The notes under the pieces were generated by a model. The model made no database searches and was not told the origin of the DNA. It saw only the letters and a list, made by a program, of their open reading frames with translations. Positions 63,545 to 64,000 of a stretch of DNA of 64,000 bases are shown here, in pieces (the stretch's first letter is position 1; every line of letters starts with the position of its first letter). The stretch comes from Octopus sinensis (Eukaryota), in the NCBI RefSeq assembly GCF_006345805.1, contig NC_043005.1, forward strand, positions 65,038,001 through 65,102,000, in the 5' to 3' direction. A program made the translations under genes and the position numbers.

Positions 63545-64000
63545 AACACGCACATGAGTGTTGTGCGTGAATTTTATGATCATTTGGGACGATTTAGTTA
63601 ACTAACCAGAAGCTTCGTTAGTTGGATGGACCACGTTCTCTCTTGCCCCTACAGGGCAGAGTATTTGAAGAAACACTGAAAAGTTCTGTTTTCGAATAAC
63701 ATTGATTTTAATGTTATTTTAATGTTTTTTTTAATTTGTTTTAACAGCCAGCTAGCTAAAGGGAGAACTGGTTGGTGATAATAAAGCAGGCGAATCAGTG
63801 AGTGATTATAAGGAAACTATCGCCACTGCCACCACAAGAGGCAGGAGAATCGGTTCGAAATAAAACGGGTGTTTCAATTACAGGTGAAACCAAACTATTT
63901 TGAAAAGACTCATTCAGCTACCGAATAGGGTACAAATCCATGCCACAGAGAACAGACGGCCTATATATTATTTATGTGGCGATGACAGACATCCGAGAGC

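Overview
AT-rich, microsatellite-dense animal genomic DNA. The SINE complement suggests a coleoid cephalopod, most likely Octopus (inference). The only host gene I can support is on the minus strand: the last three coding exons of a class B1 (secretin-family) GPCR of the CRF/DH44-receptor type (60257-60122, 57124-57083, 14748-14521), with a ~42.3-kb final intron. Almost everything else is transposon-derived: CR1-type, HERO-like, R4/Dong-like, RTE and L1/Tx1 LINEs, a Gypsy gag remnant, Tc1/maT/hAT/Helitron pieces, three tRNA-derived SINE families and several Penelope-like elements (PLEs). Highlights: (1) a ~6.6-kb head-to-head palindrome of a young, divergent PLE (RT plus C-terminal GIY-YIG) inside the GPCR intron, each arm ending in a core-intact hammerhead ribozyme (HHR); (2) a non-coding, HHR-bearing 540-bp retrozyme-like unit in the sense orientation of the same intron; (3) a restriction-like-endonuclease (RLE) LINE family repeatedly inserted in (TACA)n; (4) a nest of Dong-like elements in (TAA)n/(GAA)n starting 10 nt from the 42-nt exon; (5) a SINE/LINE shared 3' stem-loop with compensatory changes. 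Coordinates of degraded repeats are approximate, and all family names come from motif recognition by eye, not database searches.
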